Below are positions 1 through 11,259 of a DNA stretch of 58,120 bases, piece after piece (the stretch's first letter is position 1; the number at the start of each line of letters is the position of its first letter). The position numbers were made by a program, and so were the translations under genes. Under the pieces are notes generated by a model. That model saw only the letters and a list, made by a program, of their open reading frames with translations. It did no database searches and was not told where the DNA came from. The stretch is from NCBI GenBank assembly GCA_913041415.1, contig CAJWHS010000006.1, forward strand, positions 1 through 58,120, written 5' to 3'. The DNA is from an uncultured Acidimicrobiaceae bacterium (GTDB lineage: Bacteria; Actinomycetota; Acidimicrobiia; Acidimicrobiales; Aldehydirespiratoraceae).

Positions 1-285
1 GGCTACGGGATCCTGATCCTGCCGACCACCGGCCGGTACTTCCAGGTGCCGTACAGTGCGATGGTCCCAAGCGACGGGGTTCGCAACCTCCTCGTGACTG
101 GTCGATCGATCGGCGGCGACCGGACCAGCCACGCTGCTGTTCGCAACATGATGTGCTGCACTGTCGCCGGTCAGGGTGCCGGCGTGGCCGCCGCTGTCGC
201 CGTGAAGACCGGGCGCGACGTCGCCGAGATCGACATCGCTGCGGTGCAGAACGAACTGAAGAGTCAGGACGTACGGCTGTGGTGA
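1..285 (+). CDS. FAD-dependent oxidoreductase, C-terminal fragment (5' truncated by window edge)
   Basis: Frame open from base 1; QVPYSAMVP..NLLVTGRSIGGD..AAVRNMMCCTVAGQGAGVAAA matches the C-terminus of this family. Confidence 0.8.
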   Translation, partial: GYGILILPTTGRYFQVPYSAMVPSDGVRNLLVTGRSIGGDRTSHAAVRNMMCCTVAGQGAGVAAAVAVKTGRDVAEIDIAAVQNELKSQDVRLW

Positions 286-321
286 CCACGCTCACGCAGG
301 GGTAGCGGTTGTCGTCGTCGA

Positions 322-963
322 TCAGTCGATCGATGCGAGCCAGTCTCGGGCGTCGACCATCATCTCAATCGTCTGGCTGTGGGCCATGTCGTAGGCGTGT
401 GCCTGTGTGTTCCATCCGCCGGCCTCGAGGGAAGCTGCGACCGCCTCGCCCCGATCGGTCGCGACGATCGGATCACGAGTACCCCATTGAACAAGAGCGG
501 GCCGACCGTCGCCGCCCGAGAGGTCGACGGGCACGGCGGCGAACTCGGGCAACCCGCAACAGATAGCCCAGACCCCGCCATACCGGGGAGCGTCGGCCTT
601 GCCCACGAGCGTGAGCGCCAGATACCCACCCTGGGAGAAACCGCCGACGTGGCACCGCTCAAGTGGAACATTCGCAGCAGCAGCCTCGTCGACGATCAGG
701 GCCTCCAACGCTTCGACCGAGGCCTGGAACTGGTCGAGGTCGTACTGCATCGTCTCGGCGTCGATCGACCACCACGAGGCGCCATCGGTGTCGCCGTTGG
801 GCAACGGCACCGGGCCGCGGGGCGCGATCGCACTGAAGCGCTCATCAGGGTCGACGAGCGGCACGTAGGACGCCAGGTGGTGTTGCTCGGCGGAGTAGCC
901 GTGCAGGAGGAACAGCAGCCGAGGAGCGCTGTCGCGGGTGATCCGGTAGGTGGTCAACGACAT
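322..963 (-). CDS. alpha/beta hydrolase (phospholipase/carboxylesterase family)
   Basis: LLHGY, GGFSQGG nucleophile elbow, GTRDPIV Asp, MAH His; start taken at ATG 963. Confidence 0.85.
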   Translation of the reverse strand: MSLTTYRITRDSAPRLLFLLHGYSAEQHHLASYVPLVDPDERFSAIAPRGPVPLPNGDTDGASWWSIDAETMQYDLDQFQASVEALEALIVDEAAAANVPLERCHVGGFSQGGYLALTLVGKADAPRYGGVWAICCGLPEFAAVPVDLSGGDGRPALVQWGTRDPIVATDRGEAVAASLEAGGWNTQAHAYDMAHSQTIEMMVDARDWLASID

Positions 964-1020
964 GGGTCGGAGTCTGGCACGAGTCGGCCCATCAGCGGGC
1001 ACCCCAATAGCCTTTGTCGC

Positions 1021-1569
1021 ATGGATCTGACGTGGGAGGACCGCCAACGGGCGTTCCAGGTGAAGGTGCTCACCGAGGGGGTGAGTGAGGAGTTCGCCAT
1101 CGGCGTCAGGCCGTACCGGACCTTCGTGGGCGCAGCCACCGGGGCGCCGCCACCGGCCGGTTCTCGTCTTGAGCGGGCGCTCGTCGTCATTATTGCGGGC
1201 GCTGCGATCGCCGCCACCCTTGTGCTGCTCGGCGGGCCCCGAACGATCGTGGCCGTCATCGCCGGTCTCACTGGCGGCCTGGCGATGTTTGCCGGTCTCG
1301 CCGGGCCCGACCCCCGGATCCGCCACGACCTTGACGAGCCGCTGCTGGCGATTTACGCCGACCGCGCTGGCATCGGCTCGGTGCCGATCTGTGTCACCGC
1401 CATCAGCGACGAGGAGCAGGTCCGGCTCGGCGCGGAAGGCTTCGGCAACGTCGTCGGCTCACCTCGACCTGGTGGGACGCTCGGCGTGTTCATCGATGAC
1501 TACCTCGTCTGGGCCCGCACTCCACCTCGCGGCAATCGCAAAGGTGATCCGAGCTTCGGTCAGATCTAG
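1021..1569 (+). CDS. hypothetical membrane protein (2 TM)
   Basis: ATG at 1021 preceded by TAGCCT -10-like hexamer; two hydrophobic segments. Confidence 0.65.
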   Translation: MDLTWEDRQRAFQVKVLTEGVSEEFAIGVRPYRTFVGAATGAPPPAGSRLERALVVIIAGAAIAATLVLLGGPRTIVAVIAGLTGGLAMFAGLAGPDPRIRHDLDEPLLAIYADRAGIGSVPICVTAISDEEQVRLGAEGFGNVVGSPRPGGTLGVFIDDYLVWARTPPRGNRKGDPSFGQI

Positions 1570-1579
1570 CCGACTTGAC

Positions 1580-2083
1580 TCAGTGGCCACCGCGGCGGAC
1601 ACCGCCGTATTTCATCCGGGTGTCGGTCATTGCGGCGGGACGCTTCTCGTCGTCAAGAATTGCGGCGTCGACCAGTTCACCGATGAACAGGGTGTGGCTG
1701 CCGAGGTCGTGAGCCTGACGGACCTCGCATTCCATCCAGGCGATCGCCTCGTCGAAGATCGGCGCTCCGGTCGCGCCGTCACGCACGGCACGGCCGTTGA
1801 GCGCTCCGTCTTCGAACACGGCGGGCTTGGAGAACTTCACGAACGGACGGGTCTCCTCGCTGTCCCAGAGGTTGACCGTGAACGAGCCACCTTGACTGAT
1901 CAGGCGATGGGTGACCGCCGAGTTGTCGATCCCGACGCCAATCAGCACCGGTTCCATCGAAAGCTGCGTGATCCAGCTCGTGGTCATGCCGTTGCGTTCG
2001 CCGTTCGCCGCGGAACCGACCAGGGCGAGGGCATTCGGGATCTTCCACGTGACGCGGTTGACGAGTTCGTCTTCGAGGGCCAT
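1580..2083 (-). CDS. flavin reductase family protein
   Basis: NGMTTSWITQLSMEP, FTVN, GAPI, ECEV..GSHTLFIGE motifs. Confidence 0.9.
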   Translation of the reverse strand: MALEDELVNRVTWKIPNALALVGSAANGERNGMTTSWITQLSMEPVLIGVGIDNSAVTHRLISQGGSFTVNLWDSEETRPFVKFSKPAVFEDGALNGRAVRDGATGAPIFDEAIAWMECEVRQAHDLGSHTLFIGELVDAAILDDEKRPAAMTDTRMKYGGVRRGGH

Positions 2084-2141
2084 GCCCCGAGAGTAGAGCG
2101 GGCCCACGTCCTTCGTGGGGGTGGCGAGCCGAAGCGAGTGA

Positions 2142-4142
2142 TCAGCCGAGGCCAGGACGGCCGGCTGCGACAGCGACAGCCATCCCCTCGACGAACAGCG
2201 GTCGCCCGTCGACCTCGATGACCTTCTCGATCCAGGTGATCTCGACCTCGAACTCTTTCGCACCGGCGGCCTGGACCTCTGCGACAGCGGCGGCTCGAGC
2301 CAGGTCCTCGGCTCGGGCCTGCGCCACGGGACGCTCCCACGTCGTCTCCGGTTCGCCACCAGCGTGAATCCGATAGACGCCCCGCCGCGGCGCGGTGACC
2401 GGGACTTCGGCGCGCACGCGGACCTTGCCGACCACGGCGCCGATGGCATTGGCGACATCGGCGTCGGCCGGAACCTCGACCTCGGTGCCGAGCAGATCTC
2501 CGATCGCCGGGTAGTAGATGGCCGCCGGGGCACCGAGCCCGACGAGCTTGGCGCCGAGTCCGATGTCGATTCGGGCAGAGCGCGACGTGCGATCGAGCGC
2601 AGCCGCGACGAGCGCGGAATGGGCAAGGACGTCGTCGAGGCCGTCGCGGTTGAGCGCAGCCGCAAGCAACGCCTCGGCCGATCGGCGCACGAGCGCAGCA
2701 ACGACGGCTTCGCTGATCTCCTCGGGGGTCCCGGCGATGTCGTTGCCGTATCGATCTCGACGGCGAGCGAACACGGCCGCACCCAACCGGGCGATCTCGG
2801 GGTCGTGGGTGGTTTGGTCGCCGAGCACATGGCTGGCATCGGTGGGTGTGAAGGCGGCGAGGCGCAGAATCGCGCAACTCACGAGCCGTCGCATCGCCCG
2901 CTCCTGGAGGCTTGTCGCGACCACCTGTGACACCGGGACGAGCGGCTTGTCGACTGCGTCGACGACCGCCTGTTCGTTGGGGTCGAGGACGGCACCCTGA
3001 GCCCGTGCCGTGCGTTGGAGAAACATGCCGTCGAACGCGCCAGGAATCTTGTCGTTGAGGCGCGCTCGGAGTTCGTCGCGGACGATGTCGCCATGCTGCT
3101 CCCCCATCAGGCTGAGCGGCACGACCCGACGAGGACCGACCTCGAGCTGGGCCCCGACGGCTCGGTCGGCGAGTCGGATCTCGCTGTCGCCACCGAGGCC
3201 GTGCGTGTGCATCAGCACCGCCTCGACCATCGTGCGGTGGCCGCCGACGGTGGCACCATTGGCCCCGAACGGCGGCAGGCCGTCGCGCACGACCGCAATG
3301 TCGGTGGTGGTGCCACCGATGTCAGCGATCACGGCATCGTCGGCGTCGGCGAGATGTGCCGCACCGACGAGACTGGCTGCCGGCCCCGAGAGGATCGTCT
3401 CGACCGGACGCTCCTTCACAAAGTCGACCGAAACGAGCGAGCCGTTGCCACGCACGATCATCATCGGGGCGTCGATCCCCCGTTCAGTGATACTCCCGCC
3501 GGTGGTGGCGACGAGATCGTCGATCATGGCGATGAGGCGGGCGTTGAGTAGGGCGGTAACGCCCCGCTTGGGGCCGCCGAGGCTGGCTGACAGCACATGG
3601 CTGCAGGTCACCGGCTTTCCCGTGCGTTCGCTAATGAGTTCGCGGGCGGCGAGCTCATGATCGGCGTTGCGCGTGGCGAACTGGGCGGTGACAGCGAAGC
3701 CATCAACCTGGTCAGCGATCTCGTCAACGCGAGCGGCAAGTTCGTCGAGGTCTAGAGGCTCAATCGGATCACCGTGGCTGTTGTGACCCCCACCTACGAC
3801 GATGACGGCGTCGTCGCCGATCGTTTCTCGCAGGCCATCACGATCGAGGGCGTCCTCGTCGAACCCGATCGTGACGAGGCACGCCGGACGGCCCGTGCCC
3901 TCGGCCAGGGCGTTGGTGGCGAGCGTGGTGGAAAGCGCTACCATCTTGATTGCCGACGGATCGACCGCAGCGTCGGACAAGGCCGCGTCGATCGCCCGAC
4001 CAATCCCGATTGCGAGCTCGTCGTGTGTGGTGGGCGACTTCGCCTTGGCGACGATCTCCCGAGCGCGCTCGTCGTACACGACGGCATCCGTGTACGTCCC
4101 CCCGGTGTCGACACCCAACGCGTAGCGGCGCGGCTCTGTCAT
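2142..4142 (-). CDS. hydantoinase/oxoprolinase family protein
   Basis: GVDTGGTYTD, STTLATNA, ETILSGPAAS, DIGGTTTD, ANAIGA motifs. Confidence 0.9.
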   Translation of the reverse strand: MTEPRRYALGVDTGGTYTDAVVYDERAREIVAKAKSPTTHDELAIGIGRAIDAALSDAAVDPSAIKMVALSTTLATNALAEGTGRPACLVTIGFDEDALDRDGLRETIGDDAVIVVGGGHNSHGDPIEPLDLDELAARVDEIADQVDGFAVTAQFATRNADHELAARELISERTGKPVTCSHVLSASLGGPKRGVTALLNARLIAMIDDLVATTGGSITERGIDAPMMIVRGNGSLVSVDFVKERPVETILSGPAASLVGAAHLADADDAVIADIGGTTTDIAVVRDGLPPFGANGATVGGHRTMVEAVLMHTHGLGGDSEIRLADRAVGAQLEVGPRRVVPLSLMGEQHGDIVRDELRARLNDKIPGAFDGMFLQRTARAQGAVLDPNEQAVVDAVDKPLVPVSQVVATSLQERAMRRLVSCAILRLAAFTPTDASHVLGDQTTHDPEIARLGAAVFARRRDRYGNDIAGTPEEISEAVVAALVRRSAEALLAAALNRDGLDDVLAHSALVAAALDRTSRSARIDIGLGAKLVGLGAPAAIYYPAIGDLLGTEVEVPADADVANAIGAVVGKVRVRAEVPVTAPRRGVYRIHAGGEPETTWERPVAQARAEDLARAAAVAEVQAAGAKEFEVEITWIEKVIEVDGRPLFVEGMAVAVAAGRPGLG

Positions 4143-4307
4143 TGCGGCACAGTCTGCCCTGGTCGCCGTGTACTGCGCGTCATCTCGGGCGCCGGTCATA
4201 ACAGCTTCACACGGATCCGAACGGTCGGGGGTGGCGGGGCTGACGGGCCCCGAGCAGGGGCGGGAGCGCCACTCGCTGATCGTGAGACCAAGGCGTCCGC
4301 TCCGAGG

Positions 4308-4970
4308 TCAGCTCTCTGGCGACCAGAGCGGCTCGTCGATCACGAAGCCGATGTCCTCGCCCCACGTATTGCGATACGCCACCTCGTGAACGGCATCACG
4401 CTTCGCCACCCCCCACGTGCCGGTCGGATACCCCATCGGGATACAGGCGGCCATCTTCCACCCCTTGTCCTCGGGCACACCGAGGATCTCGAAGGTCTCG
4501 CTGTTCTTGAACGCCAGGACGCTGGTGAGCGACGAGCCGACATCCTCAGCGCGGGCCGCAAGCATTGCGGACCAGATCGCCGGGAAGATCGAACCACCGC
4601 TGGAGTCGTTGCGGTCGAAGGCGAACAACAGCAGCGGATACGACGCAAAGTTGTCCTGGGCCCAACCCACCGACTTGATGATCTTGCGCATCTGGACGGT
4701 CTCTGGATCGGTGGAATCCGACTCCGCGTCGTCCATCTTGTCCTTGTAGATGGTCGCCCAGAGCAGGTCGATGCACACCTTGTAGAGCTCACTCAACTGC
4801 TCCCGTTTGGCCGGATCATCGACCAACATGAAGCGCCAGTTCTGATTGTTGCCGCCGCTGGGAGCCCGGATGGCGGCATCGAGGATTCGCATCTGCAGGT
4901 CCTCAGGGATCGGGTCGGGTTTGACCCGCCGCATCGCTCGGGTGGTGTACAGCGCTTCACGGATATCCAT
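4308..4970 (-). CDS. nitroreductase family protein
   Basis: TTRAMRR, AIRAPSGGNNQNWRF, MLAARA.DVGS, IPMGYP. Confidence 0.9.
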   Translation of the reverse strand: MDIREALYTTRAMRRVKPDPIPEDLQMRILDAAIRAPSGGNNQNWRFMLVDDPAKREQLSELYKVCIDLLWATIYKDKMDDAESDSTDPETVQMRKIIKSVGWAQDNFASYPLLLFAFDRNDSSGGSIFPAIWSAMLAARAEDVGSSLTSVLAFKNSETFEILGVPEDKGWKMAACIPMGYPTGTWGVAKRDAVHEVAYRNTWGEDIGFVIDEPLWSPES

Positions 4971-5055
4971 GCCACAAAGTCGATCACGGCTCGCGTCGAT
5001 GAGCAAAAAGACGGACAGCTCGGCATAGCGGAGCGCAGGCCCGTATCCTTCAGTC

Positions 5056-5943
5056 ATGACGAGCGCCTCCCGCCCCCCGCTCGAAGCCGTCCGCGACCGT
5101 CTTGGTCGCGGCATCCGCGAGATGCTCGCCGGTACACCTGACCAGGTGCACGAGTGGGATCCCGCCGCCGACCGCCGCTTCGCGCCCGACTCGGCGATGT
5201 GGGCCGTGCACACCGACGTCGCCATGCTCGTCGGCGGTCTGCGGGCATTGCTGCTGCAGACGCTGCACCCCCTCGCCCTTGCCGGAGTCGTCCAGCACTC
5301 GACCTACAAGACCGATCCACTCGGCCGGCTCCATCGCACCGGCGCCTTCGTCGGCACCACGACTTTCGGCACGGTCGAGGAATCCGATCAGATCATCGCC
5401 CAGGTCAAAGCGATCCACGCCCGGGTCAACGGCACCGCTCGCGACGGCCGTGAGTACTCCGCCCTCGATCCCCACCTGCTCATGTGGGTCCACTGCACCG
5501 AGGCTGACAGTTTCCTTCGGGCCCGAATGCGCTACGGCGCAACACCACTGCCCGAGGGAGTCGCCGACACCTATGTCGCCGAGATCGGTGAGATCGGCGC
5601 TGCGCTCGGCGTGATCGAACCCCCGCAGAACCAGGCCGAGCTCCGCGAGCGGCTGATCTCCTACCGACCCGAGCTGCAGGCCACCCGGGACACGCGCGAG
5701 ACCGTGCGTTTCCTCGTCGTGCCGCCGCTTCCCCTTGCCGCACGGCCGCCCTACGGCATCTTGTTCGGCGCGGCCACGGCGATGCTGCCCCGCTTCGCTC
5801 GCCGAATGCTCCTGCTGCCGGTCGCCCCCGGCGCCGAGTCGCTGGCCATCCGGCCCGCCGCCACCGCCTTGCTGCGCACGATGGGCTGGGCACTCGGCGA
5901 CCACCCCGCCGTCGAGGCCGCACGGGCCGCCGAAGCCGACTGA
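5056..5943 (+). CDS. oxygenase MpaB / DUF2236 family protein
   Basis: GGLRALLLQTLHP, GRLHRT, IHARVNG, YSALDPHLLMWVH. Confidence 0.85.
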   Translation: MTSASRPPLEAVRDRLGRGIREMLAGTPDQVHEWDPAADRRFAPDSAMWAVHTDVAMLVGGLRALLLQTLHPLALAGVVQHSTYKTDPLGRLHRTGAFVGTTTFGTVEESDQIIAQVKAIHARVNGTARDGREYSALDPHLLMWVHCTEADSFLRARMRYGATPLPEGVADTYVAEIGEIGAALGVIEPPQNQAELRERLISYRPELQATRDTRETVRFLVVPPLPLAARPPYGILFGAATAMLPRFARRMLLLPVAPGAESLAIRPAATALLRTMGWALGDHPAVEAARAAEAD

Positions 5944-5961
5944 CCGCCTAGCATCGAGGCC

Positions 5962-6213
5962 ATGGATCTGGCCGAGGTGCAGCGGTTGATGGACGAGCTC
6001 TACGGTGAGGCTGACCGCGCCCGTGGTGTGCCATCGACGGTCGCCTGGCTCGCCGAGGAGTTGGGCGAACTTGCCCAGGCCGTGCGCAAGGGAACTCGTG
6101 AGCAGCAAGTGCACGAGTTCGGCGACGTGCTCGCCTGGCTCGCATCGCTCGCCAACCAGATGGATATCGACCTCGACGATGCCATGCAGCGCTACGTCGA
6201 GAACCCGCCCTGA
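5962..6213 (+). CDS. MazG-like nucleotide pyrophosphohydrolase
   Basis: WLAEELGELAQA..HEFGDVLAW acidic EExxE..ExxD motif. Confidence 0.85.
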   Translation: MDLAEVQRLMDELYGEADRARGVPSTVAWLAEELGELAQAVRKGTREQQVHEFGDVLAWLASLANQMDIDLDDAMQRYVENPP

Positions 6214-6277
6214 GCGACGTTCGAGGATGTGATTTCGAGCGAATCAGGAGACGGAATCTGCGGCCTCGCCGCTCGAC

Positions 6278-7408
<1,131 letters not shown>

Positions 7409-8191
7409 TCAGCCGACGAGTTTGGCGTGGTACGCCTCGAGTCGAGCGAGCAGTTCGGCCTCGGGAAGCTCGCCTTCGCTGCGCTTGAGCTCGAGCAGCC
7501 AACTCATGATCTGCCCGACCTCCCGGCCCGGCCCGATGCCGAGGTGGGCCATCACCGCATCGCCGTCGATCTGGGGCCGCTCGGCATTCCGGCGATCCTC
7601 TTCTGCAAGCTCGGCGATACGGCGCTCGAGGTCGTCGATCGATTCCTGCAGCGCCCCGGCCTTCGCCCGGTTGCGGGTCGTGCAATCGGAGCGCACGAGC
7701 GCATTCAGGCGGCCAAGCAGCGGGCCAGCATCGCGGGCATAGCGTCGAACGGCAGCGTCGGACCAGCCGTCGGCGTAGCCCTTGAACCGGCCGCTCAGGC
7801 GAACCAGTTCGGCAACCTGATCGGTCACCGACTCGTCGTAGCCAAGCGCCGCCATGCGCTTGCTGGTCATCCGACCACCGACGACCTCGTGATGACGAAA
7901 GGTCACGCCACCGTGCTCGAAACTTCGGGTCTTGGGCTTGGCGATGTCGTGGAACAACGCCGCCAAGCGAACGACCAGATCGGCCGGGGTCTTGGCAACG
8001 ACGGCGACGGTATGGGACAGGACGTCCTTGTGACGATGGATCGGATCCTGCTCCATGCGCAGCGCTGGCAATTCGGGCACGAGCGCGTCGATGCGGCCGC
8101 TGTCGATCGCCACCCACAGAGAGGCGGCAACGTCGTCGGCCATCAGAATCTCATTGAGTCGTTCGGCTGGCGCCAGCTCGGTCGCAGACAT
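7409..8191 (-). CDS. HD-domain protein resembling the C-terminal half of actinobacterial CCA tRNA nucleotidyltransferase
   Basis: EQDPIHRHKDVLSHT, AALFHDIAKPKT, FRHHEVVG, WSDAAVRRY, DCTTRN; no N-terminal nucleotidyltransferase domain. Confidence 0.8.
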   Translation of the reverse strand: MSATELAPAERLNEILMADDVAASLWVAIDSGRIDALVPELPALRMEQDPIHRHKDVLSHTVAVVAKTPADLVVRLAALFHDIAKPKTRSFEHGGVTFRHHEVVGGRMTSKRMAALGYDESVTDQVAELVRLSGRFKGYADGWSDAAVRRYARDAGPLLGRLNALVRSDCTTRNRAKAGALQESIDDLERRIAELAEEDRRNAERPQIDGDAVMAHLGIGPGREVGQIMSWLLELKRSEGELPEAELLARLEAYHAKLVG

Positions 8192-8217
8192 CGCTCGCAA
8201 AGTCTACGGTTCAGCCC

Positions 8218-9006
8218 ATGATGCTCGACCGCTTTCGTCTCGATGATCGGGTTGCCATCGTCACCGGCGCCGGTCGAGGAATCGGCGCCGCCGTGGCAGC
8301 TGGTCTGGCCGAAGCCGGTGCCGATGTCGTCGCCGGCGCCCGTTCAGCCGACCAGCTCGCCAAAACCGCGGTGACGGTCGAGGCGAACGGACGCCGAGCG
8401 GTGACGGTCGCCGGCGACCTCTCGACCCGCGACGGCATGCGGGCGCTCGTCGACACCGCCATCGCCGAGTTCGGCCGGGTCGACGTTGTTGTCAACAACG
8501 TCGGCGGCGCCATGCCGTCGGCCCTCCTCGACACGAGCGAGCAGTCGTTCGACACCGCGCTGCGATTCAACGTCACCAGCGCCTTCAATCTGACCCAACT
8601 GGCCGTGCCGCATCTGCTCGAATCCGACGGCGCGTCCGTGGTGAACATCGCGTCGAGCGCTGGCCAGTTCGCGTTCCGGGGGATGAGCGCCTACGGCACC
8701 GCCAAGGCGGCCCTGATCCATCTCACCCGCGAACTCGCACAGGATCTCTCGCCGAAGGTGAGGGTCAACGCCGTGAGCCCAGGGGCGATTACGACCTCGG
8801 CGCTCGACATCGTGCTCCAGACCCCGGAGCTTCACGACGCCATGATCGAGGGCACACCGATGCGTCGCCTGGGTGACCCCGACGACATCGCCGCTGCCGT
8901 GCTCTTCCTTGCCTCGCCCGCTGCGAGCTATGTCACCGGCGAGGTGCTGGCCGTCAACGGCGGCATCCAGGGCTCGAACCTCGAACTCGGGCTCCCCGAT
9001 CTGTGA
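8218..9006 (+). CDS. short-chain dehydrogenase/reductase
   Basis: TGAGRGIG, NNVG, YGTAK catalytic motif, RVNAVSPG. Confidence 0.93.
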   Translation: MMLDRFRLDDRVAIVTGAGRGIGAAVAAGLAEAGADVVAGARSADQLAKTAVTVEANGRRAVTVAGDLSTRDGMRALVDTAIAEFGRVDVVVNNVGGAMPSALLDTSEQSFDTALRFNVTSAFNLTQLAVPHLLESDGASVVNIASSAGQFAFRGMSAYGTAKAALIHLTRELAQDLSPKVRVNAVSPGAITTSALDIVLQTPELHDAMIEGTPMRRLGDPDDIAAAVLFLASPAASYVTGEVLAVNGGIQGSNLELGLPDL

Positions 9007-9064
9007 GCTGAGCCACAACGGTGGTCGTCTGGGCCATCCGCCCCACCCGGTCTACGCTCGATCC

Positions 9065-9511
9065 ATGGGAGACGTTCAGGAACGCAACAAGGCCACCGCC
9101 GCTCGATATTGGGAGGCGCTGTACTCCCACAACTGGCAGGCCGTCGCTGGCTTCTTTTCCCCCACCGCCAACTATGTCGACAAGGGGCTGGGCGAATCCC
9201 TCGGTGGCGCCCACGGACCCGACGAGATCATCGCTCGACTCCGACTCGGGCTCGACCCGGTCGAGGCCCACAACCACATCGAGGGGACGATGATCGCCGA
9301 GGGCGACATCGTCGTCACTGAGCACGAAGAGGAGTGGGTGTTCCACACCGGTGAACGCATCCTCCATCCGTTCGCTTCAGTGATGGTGTTCGCCCCCGAC
9401 GGGAAGATCGAGCGCTGGTGGGACTATTCGAACCTCGGCAACCTGCTCGACAACGCGCCCGCCTGGTGGCTCGAACACATCGCTCAGGGGTACCGCTCCG
9501 CAGAGAAGTAG
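9065..9511 (+). CDS. NTF2/SnoaL-like protein (limonene epoxide hydrolase-like)
   Basis: GDIVVTEHEE.W..PFASV..DGKIERWWDY pattern; 3' end overlaps the convergent TetR gene by 28 bp. Confidence 0.75.
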   Translation: MGDVQERNKATAARYWEALYSHNWQAVAGFFSPTANYVDKGLGESLGGAHGPDEIIARLRLGLDPVEAHNHIEGTMIAEGDIVVTEHEEEWVFHTGERILHPFASVMVFAPDGKIERWWDYSNLGNLLDNAPAWWLEHIAQGYRSAEK

Positions 9512-10119
9512 CGAGTCTCGATCCCATCAAGCACGGTTTCGAGGCCTTCGGCGAAGCGTTCTTCGCGACTCAGGTTCACCAACAGCTCCCGCCTGAAAGT
9601 CGCGACTCGGACAAATTCCCCGTCGGGAGCAAGATTCGGCACGTCGCTTGCCGAACTTGCCTGCTGCACGAGTGTGCCGACCACCCAGTTCGCCACGACA
9701 CTGAAGGCGAGGGCGGCGACGCGGAGATTGTCGGTGGTGTCGTCGAAGATCGCAACGACCCGGTCGAGAAAGCGTTGCTCACCGCGAGAGACGGGCGGAC
9801 GGCCGACCAGTAACGGGAACGCATTGGGGTGCGCTGCTGCGACCGAGACATAGCTGAGAGCCATCTCGGCGGCCCGCACCCGCCAGGGTCCATCAGGTTC
9901 GGTGTAGGCATCGAGGATGTGCTCGTACAGGCGGTCAGCGACCGCATCGAGCAGGTCGTCCTTATTGTCGACATGGTTATAAAGCGACATCGCCTCAACC
10001 CCAAGCTCGGCGCCCAGCTTGCGCATACTCAGTTGATCGAGCCCGCGCTCGTCGATCAGCGACAGCGCAGTCTCGGCGATCAGTGCCCGATTGAGGGGCG
10101 CACGCTCGGTGACCGTCAT
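9484..10119 (-). CDS. TetR family transcriptional regulator
   Basis: HTH LSMRKLGAELGVEAMSLYNHVDNKDDLL; TetR_C-like tail FAEGLETVLDG. Confidence 0.92.
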   Translation of the reverse strand: MTVTERAPLNRALIAETALSLIDERGLDQLSMRKLGAELGVEAMSLYNHVDNKDDLLDAVADRLYEHILDAYTEPDGPWRVRAAEMALSYVSVAAAHPNAFPLLVGRPPVSRGEQRFLDRVVAIFDDTTDNLRVAALAFSVVANWVVGTLVQQASSASDVPNLAPDGEFVRVATFRRELLVNLSREERFAEGLETVLDGIETRYFSAERYP

Positions 10120-10190
10120 CCCGAGAGTGTAGGGCGAGTGGGGGTTCCGTCTGCGAGCTGTGTCGGCACCGGCCATGCCTGCGGGTCGGT

Positions 10191-11255
10191 TCACGGCGAT
10201 GGGGCAGGTCGCCTCACTTGGCTCGGCCAGCTGACGACGAGAAACGAGCCCATCCCGGCAGGATCGAGCAGGGCACCCGCCTCGGTGAGCCGACTCCGTG
10301 CCCGAAGCGCAGCGAGGTCACCGACGTGGGCCGAAGCCTCCCAAGCACGGCGGCCTTCCTCGACGAGCGCATCGATACCGTACCGGCGCAGGAACGCTGC
10401 CTGCGTCTCGATGACCGGCGATCCGATCGCCGCTAGTTGCTCGGTCGGCACGTCGATCGTGATGTCGCACCGACCGGGCTCAGCGAGCCAATCGACAACT
10501 CGGTCATGACCTCGATAGGCACGCAGCCACTCACCTTCGCGTTCGAGCAAGGCACTCGTCGGCGCGGCGTAATCGAGCACGACAAGGAGGGCCCCGGGGA
10601 AGCGGTGCCGCCGCTCACTCACCCAGTCGGTCGCCGGCCCGATGACGGGCAGCACGCTCCCTGCGGGGGCGTCGTCAACGCCGGCCGGTGTCGCCGTCGG
10701 CGAGCCACCAACCAGCGCGAAGCCGGTGTCGCCGGTGCCGACCCGCAGCTCGAACCAACCCGACTCGCCACGCTGAACAATGTCGAAGGCGAGATTGTCA
10801 AGAAGTTCGTTGGCGAACACGACATCAACCTGATCGAGCGAACGGTCGTCGGCCACCGACCGCAAATGATCACCCTCAGGATGCTGGAGCCGTTGGCTAT
10901 CGGACCGCTCGACCATCACCCACTTGAGCGCGCCCGCCGCGAGGCACGCGCCGGCGGCAGCGGTGACGGTGCGGGCAAGGGTGCCCGGACCAGCGCCGTG
11001 CTCAGCGACGACAAAGCGATTCGGCTCCCCAGCCTCCCGCCACCATGCATCGACAGCGTTGCTGACAACCGCACCGAAGAGCGGCCCCACTTCAGGGGCG
11101 GTGATGAAATCACCGCGACGGCCCGCCTGACCAACGGCTGCGTAGAAGCCCTCCGCCTCGTCGTACAGGGCCGCATCGACAAAATCGGACACGGCGATGG
11201 GCCCATCGGCCGCGATGCGCGCTCGGAGTCGATCGGCCAGCGATGTGGCCGCCAT
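10191..11255 (-). CDS. MidA/NDUFAF7 family SAM-dependent methyltransferase
   Basis: GFY..GRRGDFITAPEVGPLFG, EHGAGPGTLA, ANELLDNL, DY, DIT..V, TQAAFL..GI, MGSF; 4 bp downstream of nuoN. Confidence 0.88.
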   Translation of the reverse strand: MAATSLADRLRARIAADGPIAVSDFVDAALYDEAEGFYAAVGQAGRRGDFITAPEVGPLFGAVVSNAVDAWWREAGEPNRFVVAEHGAGPGTLARTVTAAAGACLAAGALKWVMVERSDSQRLQHPEGDHLRSVADDRSLDQVDVVFANELLDNLAFDIVQRGESGWFELRVGTGDTGFALVGGSPTATPAGVDDAPAGSVLPVIGPATDWVSERRHRFPGALLVVLDYAAPTSALLEREGEWLRAYRGHDRVVDWLAEPGRCDITIDVPTEQLAAIGSPVIETQAAFLRRYGIDALVEEGRRAWEASAHVGDLAALRARSRLTEAGALLDPAGMGSFLVVSWPSQVRRPAPSP

Positions 11256-11259
11256 GAGA

